Shown in pieces: positions 42,501-54,755 of a stretch of 64,000 bases of DNA (the first letter of the stretch is position 1; the number at the start of each line of letters is the position of its first letter). The DNA is from Takakia lepidozioides (lineage: Eukaryota; Plantae; Bryophyta). A model generated the notes under the pieces. It did not search any database and had not been told where the DNA came from. It saw only the letters and a program-made list of their open reading frames with translations. The translations under genes were made by a program, and so were the position numbers. The stretch covers positions 434,001-498,000 of the forward strand of contig CM060734.1 in the NCBI GenBank assembly GCA_030704615.1, read 5' to 3'.

Positions 42501-45500
42501 GGCTTCTGAATGCTGAAATTTTGAGCTAGGCCTTGGTAAGACAGCTTGCTGGAGTAGACGTGTACACCTTATACATGATCCGGTCAATGCACATTACTCT
42601 TGTTTGCCGGTCCCCTGTAGCCGATGCCTTATGTCAGATTTAGATACCTCATGATAAGAATGAGTTCCATTTCTTTGGCTCAAATGTTTCCATGTTCTCC
42701 TGGTTATGGCTTTGCTCTTTATAGCACCATAAAAAAAATACCCAATTATGATGTGCTGCTGTAGATGTTTTGTCTGAATATAACCAGGCGGTAAAACCCC
42801 TGCCAGACTTCATCACCTAAGTCCCAATACCTGCCCCCTTTGGTTTTGTAACACCCAAAAACAGGGGTGGGTAAACACTAAAAGTCTGATATAAGATTTC
42901 CCGATTGTTACTTTATGACAATCATTAGGGCGACTATCTCTTGTTCCCTATGGCATACTGATGTGACAATGGAGCAACGATATGACAAGCTGATGGCTTT
43001 AAAGAGATTCTGGTTAACATGCTACAATGTAGGGCAGACCTGTTTTCATGACCAGACAGTGTTCTTGAATGTAAGCACTGGAACTTAGCCTCTTTTAGAA
43101 GCTGGTTACTTTAGGACACTTGATACCATGCCAAACTGATATGGATGGATCTTTCGTGGCCAAATCCGGTCCTTGGTTATATGCCTCGAAGTTTCAACCT
43201 ATTTGCAAACGGTAAGAATTGGTTAGATGGAAGAGAATGATTCGGGCATGGTATTCAAGTGCTTTAGGATAAATAGTACCAAAGTAACCTGAGGCCCGAT
43301 GGGATGAGCAATTCAGATTCTTTGTGTTCCTATGGATGATTGCATGGATGTAAATCTGATTACAGCTGTCATGGTTCTGATTTCCATACCCCAGACAAGA
43401 AATTGGGCTTGGCGGCTGGAATAAGGAGGTGGGGAATATTAATTACCCTACATGAAAATCACCCCAGCCCAGATCTAAAACCGATCATGGGGCAAAAAAA
43501 GGGGTAATAAGGTACTTGATGTGCGAAATAGAGCTGATTACACAAAGTGGTTAAGCGCCAATATTCAGTCCGTAAAAGCCCTGCTTTGTGATGTTCTCTA
43601 TGTTTAACGCCATGCTTTATGTTGTTCTTACGCCTTCTCCGATCATACATGGCTGCTTTAAGACAACAGACATTTCCAGCCATGACAAGTGGATCATATG
43701 GATTTTAGTTGGACATGGATCGCTTAACTGTCAGTCACTTTGGTATGTCCAATGTACAAAGGAACCCAAAACTCTATAAGGAACCCAAAACTCTATATGC
43801 TCAGTCACTTTGGTATGTCCAATGATACAAAGAACCCAAAACTATACTAGTTCTTGGGCCAACAATAAATTAGGATGGTTGGTTATGCCTTGGTATGTAA
43901 GCTGACCAAAAATACAGACCGAATGACATGGCATGTCATGAATGGCACTTTTTAGCATGCTGAACAACGGTTTCCTACTATGAACAGTGGTAATCGAGTC
44001 TCTAATTTTTCCCACCCAGAGACTTCATTGACTTTGAAGTCTGGGATTTGTCATAAAGCTGACTTGTGAATGAAGAATGGTTGATAATGAGGCTGATTCG
44101 TCGTTAATTTTACAATGACCTTGTCAGGTCTTTGTCCATGTCTCGACGAGACATAAGCATCTTCCCTCTCTGATTTAGACCAGTGTACTTGGTGGTTCTT
44201 GTACACATTATCAACCAATCTCCCTTCTGTTTTCAGTTTTATGTTTGATTTACTAACACCTTGGTCTGAGCATGACAATTTACTACACCTTGGTCTGAGC
44301 ATGACAAACAGGTTATCAATATATGTTCCTGATTGAAGTGACTGAACCAAGGCAATGGGAAGGCCAAAGCCATGAGATATCAGCCTCCTCTCCCGCCATG
44401 ACCATGGTGTGGAGCACGCAAGTCCTTCATAAGGTAAGATCTTCTCCAGCAAAAATATGTTGGCTAATTGGTCATGGAGAGTAAGGCATCCTTGAAGGTA
44501 CCTGAGATAAGCATAGAACATCTATAGGGCTTCTGAATGCTGAAATTTTGAGCTAGGCCTTGGTAAGACAGCTTGCTGGAGTAGACGTGTACACCTTATA
44601 CATGATCCGGTCAATGCACATTACTCTTGTTTGCCGGTCCCCTGTAGCCGATGCCTTATGTCAGATTTAGATACCTCATGATAAGAATGAGTTCCATTTC
44701 TTTGGCTCAAATGTTTCCATGTTTCTCCTGGTTATGGCTTTGCTCTTTATAGCACCATAAAAAAAATACCCAATTATGATGTGCTGCTGGTAGATGTTTT
44801 GTCTGAATATAACCAGGCGGTAAACCCCTGCCAGACTTCATCACCTAAGTCCCAATACCTGCCCCCTTTGGTTTTGTACACCCAAAACAAGGGGTGGGTA
44901 AACACTAAAAGTCTGATATAAGATTTCCCGATTGTTACTTTATGACAATCATTAGGGCGACTATCTCTTGTTCCCTATGGCATACTGATGTGACAATGGA
45001 GCAACGATATGACAAGCTGATGGCTTTAAAGAGATCTGGTAACATGCTACAATGTAGGGCAGACCTGTTTTCATGACCAGACAGTGTTCTTGAATGTACA
45101 AGCACTGGAAACTTAGCCTCTTTTAGAAGCTGGTTACTTTAGGACACTTGATACCATGCCAAACTGATATGGATGGATCTTTCGTGGCCAAATCCGGTCC
45201 TTGGTTATATGCCCTCGAATGTTTACCTATTTTCCAAAACGGTAAGACATTGGTAGATGTGAAGAGAATGATTCGGGCATTGTATTCAAGTTGCTTTAGG
45301 ATAAATAGTACCAAAGTAACCTGCAGGCCCGATGGGATGAGCAATTCAGATTCTTTGTGTTTCCTATGGATGATTGCATGGCATGTAAATCTGATTACAG
45401 CCTGTCATGGTAATGATTTCCCTACCCCAGACATAGAACTTGGTCTTGGGGCATGGAATAAGAGGTGGGAATATTACTCTACCCTACCATTGAAATTACA

Positions 45501-45848
45501 CACCAGCCCCAGATCTAAAACAGATCATGGGGCAAAAAACATGGTGTCAATAAGTGACTTGATGTGCGAAATAGGGCAGCTGATTACACCCCGTTGTATA
45601 AGCTGCCAAATATTCAGTCCGTAACCCTGCTTTGGTGATGTTCTCTATGTAAAGAAATGCTCTTATTTTGTTCTTACGCCTTCTACGATCATAAATGGCT
45701 TCTTTAAGACCAACAGACATTTCCAGCCATGAACAGTGATCAATGGATCTTATTTGGACATGGATACTTACTGCTCAGTCACTTTGGTATGTCCAATGAT
45801 ACAAAGAACCCAAAACTATACTAGTTCTTGGGCCAACAATAAATTAGG
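36598..45848 (+). repeat. Macrosatellite array resumed (~4.7 units, including one truncated 1048-bp unit)
   Basis: Resumes exactly at cctaccattgaaatt, where it was interrupted. Confidence 0.97.
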
Positions 45849-48381
45849 TGGGGCTGGTGTGTAATTTCAATTGTAGGGTAGAGTAATATTCCCACCTCTT
45901 ATTCCATGCCCCAAGACCAAGTTCTATGTCTGGGATAGGGAAATCATTACCATAACAGGCTGTAATCAGATTTACATGCCATGCAATCATCCATAGGAAA
46001 CACAAAGAATCTGAATTGCTCATCCCATCAGGCCTGCAGGTTACTTTGGTATTATTTATCCTAAAGCAACTTGAATACAATGCCTGAATCATTCTCTCCA
46101 CATCTACCAATGTCTTACCGTTTTGGAAAATAGGTAAACATTCGAGGGCATATAACCAAGGACCGGATTTGGCCACAAAAGATCCATCCATATCAGTTTG
46201 GCATGGTATCAAGTGTCCTAAAGTAACCAGCTTCTAAAAGAGGCTAAGTTTCCAATGCTTGTACATTCAAGAACACCGTCTGGTCATGAAAACAGGTCTG
46301 CCCTACATTGTAGCATGTTACCAGATCTCTTTAAAGCCATCAGCTTGTCATATCGTTGCTCCATTGTCACATCAGTATGCCATAGGGAACAAGAGATAGT
46401 CGCCCTAATGATTGTCATAAAGTAACAATCGGGAAATCTTATATCAGACTTTTAGTGTTTACCCACCCCTTGTTTTGGGTGTACAAAACCAAAGGGGGCA
46501 GGTATTGGGACTTAGGTGATGAAGTCTGGCAGGGTTTACCGCCTGGTTATATTCAGACAAAACATCTACCAGCAGCATATCATAATTGGGTATTTTTTTT
46601 ATGGTGCTATAAAGAGCAAAGCCATAACCAGGAGAAACATGGAAACATTTGAGCCAAAGAAATGGAACTCGTTCTTATCATAAGGTATCTAAATCTGACA
46701 TAAGGCATCGGCTACAGGGGACCGGCAAACAAGAGTAATGTGCATTGACCGGATCATGTATAAGGTGTACACGTCTACTCCAGCAAGCTGTCTTACCAAG
46801 GCCTAGCTCAAAATTTCAGCATTCAGAAGCCCTATAGATGTTCTATGCTTATCTCAGGTACCCTCGAGGATGCCTTACTCTCCATGACCAATTAGCCAAC
46901 ATATTTTTGCTGGAGAAGATCTTACCTTATGAAGGACTTGCTTGCTCCACACCATGGTCATGGCGGGAGAGGAGGCTGATATCTCATGGCTTTGGCCTTC
47001 CCATTGCCTTGGGTTCATCACTTCAATCAGGAACATATATTGATAACCTTTTGTCATGCTCAGACCAAGGTGTTAGTAAATCAATCATAAAACTGAAAAC
47101 AGAAGGGAGATTGGTTGATAATGTGTACAAGAACCACCAAGTACACTGGTCTAAATCAGAGAGGGAAGATACTTATGTCTCGTCGAGACATGGACAAAGA
47201 CCCGACAAGGTCATTGTAAAATTAACGACGAATCAGCCTCGTTATCAACCATTCTTCATTCACAAGTCAGCTTTATGACAAATCCCAGACTTCAAAGTCA
47301 ACGAAGTCTCTGGGTGGGGGGGGGGGGGGAATTAGAGACTCAATTACCACTGTTCATAGCAGGAAACCGTTGTTCAGCATGCTAAAAAAAGCCATTCATG
47401 ACATGCCATGTCATTCGGTTTGTATTTTTTGGTCAGCTTACATACCAAGGCATAACCAACCATCCTAATTTATTGTTGGCCCAAAAACTAGTATAGTTTT
47501 GGGTTCTTTGTATCATTGGACATAACCAAAGTGACTGAGCAGTAAGTATCCATGTCCAAATAAAGATCCATTGATCACTGTTCATGGCCGGAAAATGTCT
47601 GTTGGTCTTAAAGAAGCCATTTATGATCATGGAAGGCTTAAGAACAAAATAAGAGCATTTCTTTACATAGAGAACATCACCAAAGCAGGGTTACGGACTG
47701 ATATTTGGCAGCTTATACAACGGGGTGTAATCAGCTGCCCTATTTCGCACATCAAGTCACTTATTGACGCCATGTTTTTTGCCCCATGATCTGTTTTAGA
47801 TCTGGGGCTGGTGTGTAATTTCAATGGTAGGGTAGAGTAATATTCCCACCTCTTATTCCATGCCCCAAGACCAAGTTCTATGTCTGGGGTAGGGAAATCA
47901 TTACCATAACAGGCTGTAATCAGATTTACATGCCATGCAATCATCCATAGGAAACACAAAGAATCTGAATTGCTCATCCCATCAGGCCTGCAGGTTACTT
48001 TGGTATTATTTATCCTAAAGCAACTTGAATACAATGCCTGAATCATTCTCTTCACATCTACCAATGTCTTACCGTTTTGGAAAATAGGTAAACATTCGAG
48101 GGCATATAACCAAGGACCGGATTTGGCCACAAAAGATCCATCCATATCAGTTTGGCATGGTATCAAGTGTCCTAAAGTCACCAGCTTCTAAAAGAGGCTA
48201 AGTTTCCAATGCTTGTACATTCAAGAACACCGTCTGGTCATGAAAACAGGTCTGCCCTACATTGTAGCATGTTACCAGATCTCTTTAAAGCCATCAGCTT
48301 GTCATATCGTTGCTCCATTGTCACATCAGTATGCCATAGGGAACAAGAGATAGTCGCCCTAATGATTGTCATAAAGTAACA
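45849..48381 (-). repeat. Inverted macrosatellite copies (~1.3 units, right flank)
   Basis: Orientation switch at aaattagg|tggggctgg; the monomer ORFs appear on the opposite strands. Confidence 0.96.
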
Positions 48382-49054
48382 TGCAACATAGGTTGTCCGA
48401 CGGTATGCTTTCAGAAACGATTACGGAGTAATTGTTTTAAAGATAGCTAAACCATGAACATCGTATGAATTCATCTCCCTGCAGGCTGCTTAATCCTATT
48501 GATTAAGCTCAACTTACAGTCTCTTTGGCATGAAAGATCTTAGTCGAAAAGACCGAAGTCGTTAAGCAAATGGTAGTTAAGGAAAACAAGAACTATCGTG
48601 AGATGATACACATTCTCACCATCTCACGTTCTCTCATAATGCACAATCTCTCCATCTCACGTTCACTCTACACAGAGATACTTCGAATAGCATGGCTTTA
48701 CCTCAGAGTTCGTCATATCATCACAGAGGTACACATTGAATCACTCTGAGTCCGTGAATACACACTGATCACTGATACTCATATTGCTCTCATTCTAAGT
48801 TGTGTGCAGCTTTTTTATACTATGCTCGAAAGAGCCGTTACAGCTTGCGGTCGTTAATGACCGTTTGCCTAACTGCCTACGCAACCTAAAAGGTTTGCTA
48901 AAAAAGTGGCTCGTTGTAGTGGTCGTGAGTCATAGTGGTAAACGGTCCACTACTCCCTCTATTGGTTAAAGCCGATGCTAACGTGGCCGTGTGATATCGT
49001 GGTTCACGGCCCACGGTCACTACACTACTCACTACTGCTCCCGTGGTAATGTAC
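48382..49054 (-). repeat. Distal part of the split 3' LTR (proximal part 57110-57242; ~806 bp total)
   Basis: TG..CA termini, TATAAAAAA on minus at ~48811-48819, sharp junction with satellite. Confidence 0.7.
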
Positions 49055-49419
49055 GGGGGTTGCTATTCCATGAGCTCATGAGCGGGCATGGCTCACCCAT
49101 GAGCCGCAAAGTAACACACTTCGAATTTTGGCAGATTTTTTTCGGGCCCAAAACTATAAAATAATCAAAAATCGAAGATTTCCGCGCTCATGCTGGAAGC
49201 ACTCCGCTCATGAGTACCAGTGTACGCTCATGACTTGGAGCCCAGGCTCATGGACCGCTAGGCCAGGTCATAGAAAAACTGAATTCTGGGCAATAACGGC
49301 ACCGAAATTATCCCAGAGGCAGAGACGCAAGCGGAATTAGGATCCGGGTTTGCAGACTCCGAAAACGCAATGGCGACCTATAACCGTGGATAGTACTGTT
49401 GCAGAAGTGCATGATGGTT

Positions 49420-49785
49420 GGGTATAACGGCGCCGTAATTGGGCACAGGAAAAGAAATAGCCGGCTGAAGGCTCGGGAGTGAAGCCAACAACGGTGAAAG
49501 TAATTGGGCTCCGCCAACCAAATACCCGGCTGCATCCTCCGGAGTGCAGGCGATAACGGCGCCGAAATGGGCGCCGAAAATCAAATACTCGGTTGAAGCC
49601 ACCGGAGTGCAACCGATAATGGCGCCGAAATTGGGTCCGGAAACCAAATACCCGGCTGAAGGCTAGGGATTGCAACCAATAACGGCGCCGAAATTGACCT
49701 GCGGAAACAAAATTCTCGGCTGAAGCTTCCGCACTCCATCCAATAACGGCGCCAAAATTGGGCTCCGGAGAGCAAATACCCGCCT
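49420..49785 (+). repeat. Subterminal ~64-bp degenerate tandem repeat with an ATAACGGCGCCGAAATTGGG core
   Basis: About 6 units of ataacggcgccg(a/t)aattggg...aaata..cggctgaag. Confidence 0.8.
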
Positions 49786-49880
49786 TACGGTAAGGGAGGC
49801 CTTGCTCTCATTTTGCTCTTCACTCTTCTCTGTTGTGCCCATCTCCTCCCTGCTTTGAGTTTGTGCTATGTCGTGAGGCC

Positions 49881-50432
49881 ATGTCGTGCCCGAATCACAT
49901 CTATCGACGCCAGACGGGAGTCATTTTCCCGAAAGCAGACGACATCATTGTTTTCCTAGATGTTTTTAGGGACGATCCTCGACTTGTCCAGCTGAGAGCA
50001 ATGGAGTTTCTTCCAGGATTGCACGATTCTCCTGGACCCCGGCTGGGGAGCAGGTGGTTCCTACGCATCATGGACCTGGACTTTCCGCATGAGTGGGAGC
50101 CGAACAGATCACGCACAGCGTTGCTGTATCGCTGGAATTGTTGCGAGTGGACGTATGATGAGTGCATAGGTGAAAACTTTACGCGTGGACGGACTGGCTC
50201 GGAAAGTGGGGACATTCTCTTCAGTTATGAGGATGAGGAGGAGGGGAACACAGGGCCCACTGTGAAAATGTCCTTCTACCAAGGGGGCGCTATCGATAAA
50301 CACGACATCCTCGTTAGTTTCAACCGGGCGACAGAAACCACTGACTTTTTGTTCAAATATAGGCACCCGGTCACTCAGGAGGTCCTTGAGAGGCCAGTTA
50401 GAGTTCCTTCTTCTTGGGCAAGGGGACCATAG
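49881..50432 (+). CDS. Hypothetical 183-aa protein in the MULE
   Basis: Uninterrupted ORF from ATG 49881 with globular-like composition; no motif recognised. Confidence 0.5.
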   Translation: MSCPNHIYRRQTGVIFPKADDIIVFLDVFRDDPRLVQLRAMEFLPGLHDSPGPRLGSRWFLRIMDLDFPHEWEPNRSRTALLYRWNCCEWTYDECIGENFTRGRTGSESGDILFSYEDEEEGNTGPTVKMSFYQGGAIDKHDILVSFNRATETTDFLFKYRHPVTQEVLERPVRVPSSWARGP

Positions 50433-51115
50433 GTCTTGCATGCTAGAGTAGACATGTTTCGACTCGCCGACACTCATGGCACATACATTTTCATTCAGAA
50501 ATCAAGCAGCTTCCCTGTGCCATATGGGGAATATACATGCTTGGATAATCTTCTGTTAAGGTTTTTTGCAATTCACTGCCAGTATGCTGGGACGTGTCCT
50601 TTGTCGTATGGATTGCTGTTTGCACAAAGTGCAGTATGCAAATGCTGGAATGTGCAGTAGGACCCTTCCCACTGGGACACAGAACTAGCAATCTTGTAAA
50701 GACATCACATTTGCAGAACAGTAACAATGTATTTGTAGCAAATTGGAGTCTTCTCATAGAGGTGGACGAAAACGCCAGGATGGGCTGCGAAATCACTACA
50801 AATTGAATGAAGAGCAGTAACAAGGAAGCACTATGCAGTACATAGACCATAAACGGCGCTGAAATAGGCCTCAATGCCCGTTAATCTCCACACAATGTAT
50901 GCTTTACTCGGATCCATTTGTAGACAACCAAAATAAAAAAAGCATGCGCATGCCATTCATGGCCAGAAACCACATTCTCATGTATTGCGGCACCAAAATT
51001 CACATGTAGCCATGGCGATGCGGCACCACCAAGTGTATAATTCCTCCAAAAAAAATAGGGTGCAAGAAGATGAATGTAATATAATTGCCACTTTCTCCTT
51101 CCCGAATGTGGAATG

Positions 51116-51767
51116 TCAAGCAGTCCGACCAGTGTCCTGCTGTAGGGCCTTGTGCAGCTCGTTGAAACTCAGTGTTGGAGCATGGATGAAGACGTCCACT
51201 GCGGATATGCAACTCATGCGCTTCAGAAAAATGTAATAAAGGTGTTTGCAGGGGACGTATGCTGCATTCTTTGATTCCATAACAAGGAAGTCCACACAGT
51301 TGCAAGCTGGATACTGTGAAACCGTGATTGTATACACGACACTGTGCGCAGCAGACCCGGCTGTTGACAACTGAAATATGCGCCCCATCCCGGGGTGAGG
51401 AACATCCCTGCAACCTTGCACTATGCAGGGCATTGCAAGAGCGTTGGCCATCCTGGTGTCGTTCGCCTTTGTTGGTGGCCGCCGTCTTTTCAGTTTCCCC
51501 CACCGATGGGTGGGCCAAGCTGCGGGGTCACCCACCGGTATGCGGGGCGAAGAGCTTCTCGTGGGAGGAGGATGACGACTGGGAATTGGATTTCGTGGAA
51601 CGTATTTTAGCTTTCAGAGAATCAGGATGGAAGTACACGTTTACCCAAACACGGGAGTCCATGTTGAAGACAGGACCTCTCGGTACACTCCGCAGCGAAG
51701 TCCTGCAGTGAGAAGAGTGTGTCCTACCTAATAACACAAATGATTTTCTGGAGGATTCCGTATCCAA
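51116..51767 (-). CDS. SWIM zinc-finger protein or fragment (5' structure uncertain)
   Basis: YTITVSQYPACNCVDF...VPCKHLYYIF fits the SWIM pattern CxC-xn-CxH in ORF 51116-51535; the upstream ORF 51528-51767 is in another frame. Confidence 0.7.
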
Positions 51768-52287
51768 CAGGATGGGTGATCAGTGCACGTAAAGATGAAG
51801 GTATGTAACGTACGTTACAAAAACGGACGACAACAGCAAGTTCACATCGGATATTTGGTGCCTGAATTGTAATGTACAACCACTTGGGCTACAATAAATC
51901 AGGCCTTCCCATGAATTTCGGCACCGAAATCTGGATGAACATCTCTGTCATGTAACAACTTTGGAAGCCAGGGGATGAATTCCGGCGACAGAAATAGTAA
52001 TTTGTTCACCTCATGAAACTGACCAAGCATCCAACGGATGGATTTCGGTGCCGAAATTCGGATGAACATCTTCTTCATCAAATTGTTTCTGCACATGAGG
52101 GTTGAATTTGGATGCCAAAATACAGATGAATGTGTTCCTGATTACAGTCGTGATTCACCACGTGTCCGGATATCGCTGCCGACATCGGAATGACAGTAAT
52201 CCTGAATCGGCAGAATGGATGTATTTCGGTGCCGAAATTCATTCTTCATCTCCTTTTCCGACCCTAATTCTGCTGCCCTGCGGATGG

Positions 52288-53903
52288 ATTTCGGTGCCGA
52301 AATTCATCTGAAGTTTTTTTTTTTTTTTTTTTTTTTCTTTGCGACAGATGAACTTCGGCGCCGAATCTCATCCAAGTCCTCCCTTCTAATTTTCCTTTTT
52401 CTTCGCGAGCAATGAATTTCGGCGCCGAAATTCATCCGAAGTCCTCCCGAATTTATTTTTTTCTCCGCGAGCAATGAATTTCGGCGCCGAAATTCATCCG
52501 AAGTCCTCCCGATTTTATTTTTTTTTCTTCGGGAGCAATGAATTTCGGCGCCGAAATTCATCCGAAGTCCTCCCGAATTTTTTTTTTTCTTCGGGAGCAA
52601 TGAATTTCGGCGCCGAAATTCATCCGAAGTCCTCCCGATTATTATTTTTCTTCGCGAGCAATGAATTTCGGCGCCGAAATTCATCCGAAGTCCTCCCGAA
52701 ATTCATTTTTTTTCTTTGTGAGCAATGAATTTCGGCGCCGAAATTCAACCGACTCCATCCCTCCAAATTCTTTTCAGGGTTTGAGCGCCGGATTTCGGCG
52801 CCGAAATTCATCCAATGCCCTCCCTCCAATATTTATTTTTCTTTGAAAAGGATGAATTTCGGCGCCGAAATTCATATTTACTGTCCGCAATGAGTAACTC
52901 TAATATTACATTTTCTATGCGACGGATGAATTTCGGCGCCGAAATTCATCCAGAGCGAAGACTAAATCGGCACCATGCTATGCTTTGCCGCCATCATTGC
53001 CCCTGACGGATGCTGTCCATGCCTGTTGGACTTGCCATTTCTGGACATTTAACTATAATTTCGGCGCCGAAATTATACTTTATGTGCGGCAACGTCCCGT
53101 GCAAAAAAGACCACTTAATGGATACTGTCGGTTTCAAATGAAAAAAACGGCTAAAATACAATTAATTTTGACAGAATGGGTTCAATATGCCGATTTCTCC
53201 ATTAAATGCAGAATATTCCTGTTATCTTCGTCGGAACGGGGTATTTCCAACGATTTACGGAAAATTATATCATCCAGAAGCAAATAGTAAGTGTCGGGTT
53301 TGGACGAATTTCGGCGCCGAAATTCATCCGTCGCATAGAAAATGTAATATTAGAGTTACTCATTGCGGACAGTAAGGATGAATTTCGGCGCCGAAATTCA
53401 TCATTTTCAAAGAAAAATAAATATTGGAGGGAGGGCATTGGATGAATTTCGGCGCCGAAATCCGGCGCTCAAACCTTGAAAAGAATTTGGAGGGATGGAG
53501 TCGGTTGAATTTCGGCGCCGAAATTCATTGCTCGCGAAGAAAAAAAAAATTTTCGGGAGGACTTCGGATGAATTTCGGCGCCGAAATTCATTGCTCGCGA
53601 AGAAAAAATAAAAATTCGGGAGGACTTCGGATGAATTTCGGCGCCGAAATTCATTGCTCGCGAAGAAAAAAAATAAAATCGGGAGGACTTCGGATGAATT
53701 TCGGCGCCGAAATTCATTGCTCCCGAAGAAAAAAAAAAATTCCGGGAGGACTTCGGATGAATTTCGGCGCCGAAATTCATTGCTCGCGAAGAAAAAGGAA
53801 AATTAGAAGGGAGGACTTGGATGAGATTCGGCGCCGAAGTTCATCTGTCGCAAAGGAAAAAAAAAAAAAAAAAAAAACTTCAGATGAATTTCGGCGCCGA
53901 AAT
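52288..53903. repeat. Large foldback: arms 52288-52952 and 53301-53903, each a ~62-bp tandem array built on the palindrome ATGAATTTCGGCGCCGAAATTCAT
   Basis: Arms are reverse complements, including poly-T/poly-A and private variants (aacttcggcgccgaatct); about 11 and 10 palindromes; ~350-bp spacer. Confidence 0.95.
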
Positions 53904-54755
53904 ATGGATGAAATGTGCCCAAGTGCAGCCGTTTCCACTGTTCCGGAATTAATTCCGGCTCCGATATCCCACTGACAGGTTTGCTCATGACGAATGAGGA
54001 CTTGGGAAGCGATGAATTGCGGCGCCGAAATTTGTAAGTTTGTGTACGAAAGCACTTGAATAGGATGAATTTTGGCGCCGAAATTCATCCGTCCGCTGAT
54101 GAAACGTACCGACCTGACTGTTGAATGTCATAGGCAGGGGATTTTCATGGTGGTTGGGTTTCATGATGTGCGGATATTTCATTCAATGTCGGCTGCTCCG
54201 GGAACAGCATCCGGTGAACGGAAGGTATTTCGGTGCCGCAATTCGGATAAACCATCTTGTACTGGTGGCTGGAACTGGCACGCGTCGTGTTCCAGTCGAC
54301 TTCATCCGTGCGAACGTGTCAGGGGTCACAATCTCTTCATCACCCATACGGCAGAAAGTGGTGGACGGTGGCAACGTTTCGGGAGACGTGGCTGCTTACA
54401 CATCTGCTCGTGTAGAGTGGTTGCATGTTCCACCGCTTCGCTCTCTCGCTCCTTGCCCTTCTGCAGTGACATTCTCCTGCGTTTCCTCTCCTTATGCGGC
54501 ATAGTGGTAGCATAGAGTTTGTGGAAGGTCAGGTGACTCCGGCAAAGAGAAGGAGGACGCGGGATTTTGGGAAGCCGCCGACGACACGACTTAAGCTCCG
54601 TCTCATGCATGAAATGTAGACCTCGTTATCCGGAGACTCGGATCGCCCACCAGTGAGAGATTCGTGCTTTGCGGATGTGAAGCACTCCATACGCAATATT
54701 CCTTTTACACCTTTTTTTTTGCGTGCAGTGTCTCATGTTTTCCTGTTTGTTTGAC

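Noticed and set aside
43100-43800. Highly diverged satellite variant (also ~14900-15900)
   Set aside because: Dense scattered indels with abrupt boundaries look like low-quality consensus rather than biology
7405-48381. Recurrent 146-, 158- and 73-aa ORFs in the macrosatellite as a tandem gene family
   Set aside because: No recognisable motifs, they overlap on both strands, and the frames break in diverged copies; recurrence only reflects DNA identity
52288-53903. CRISPR-like array (24-bp palindromic repeat, ~62-bp period)
   Set aside because: The intervening sequences are near-identical to each other rather than unique spacers; no cas genes; eukaryotic TE context
52304-54088. MNFGAEIH / DEFRRRNS repeat proteins
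   Set aside because: Translation artefacts of the palindrome, appearing on both strands
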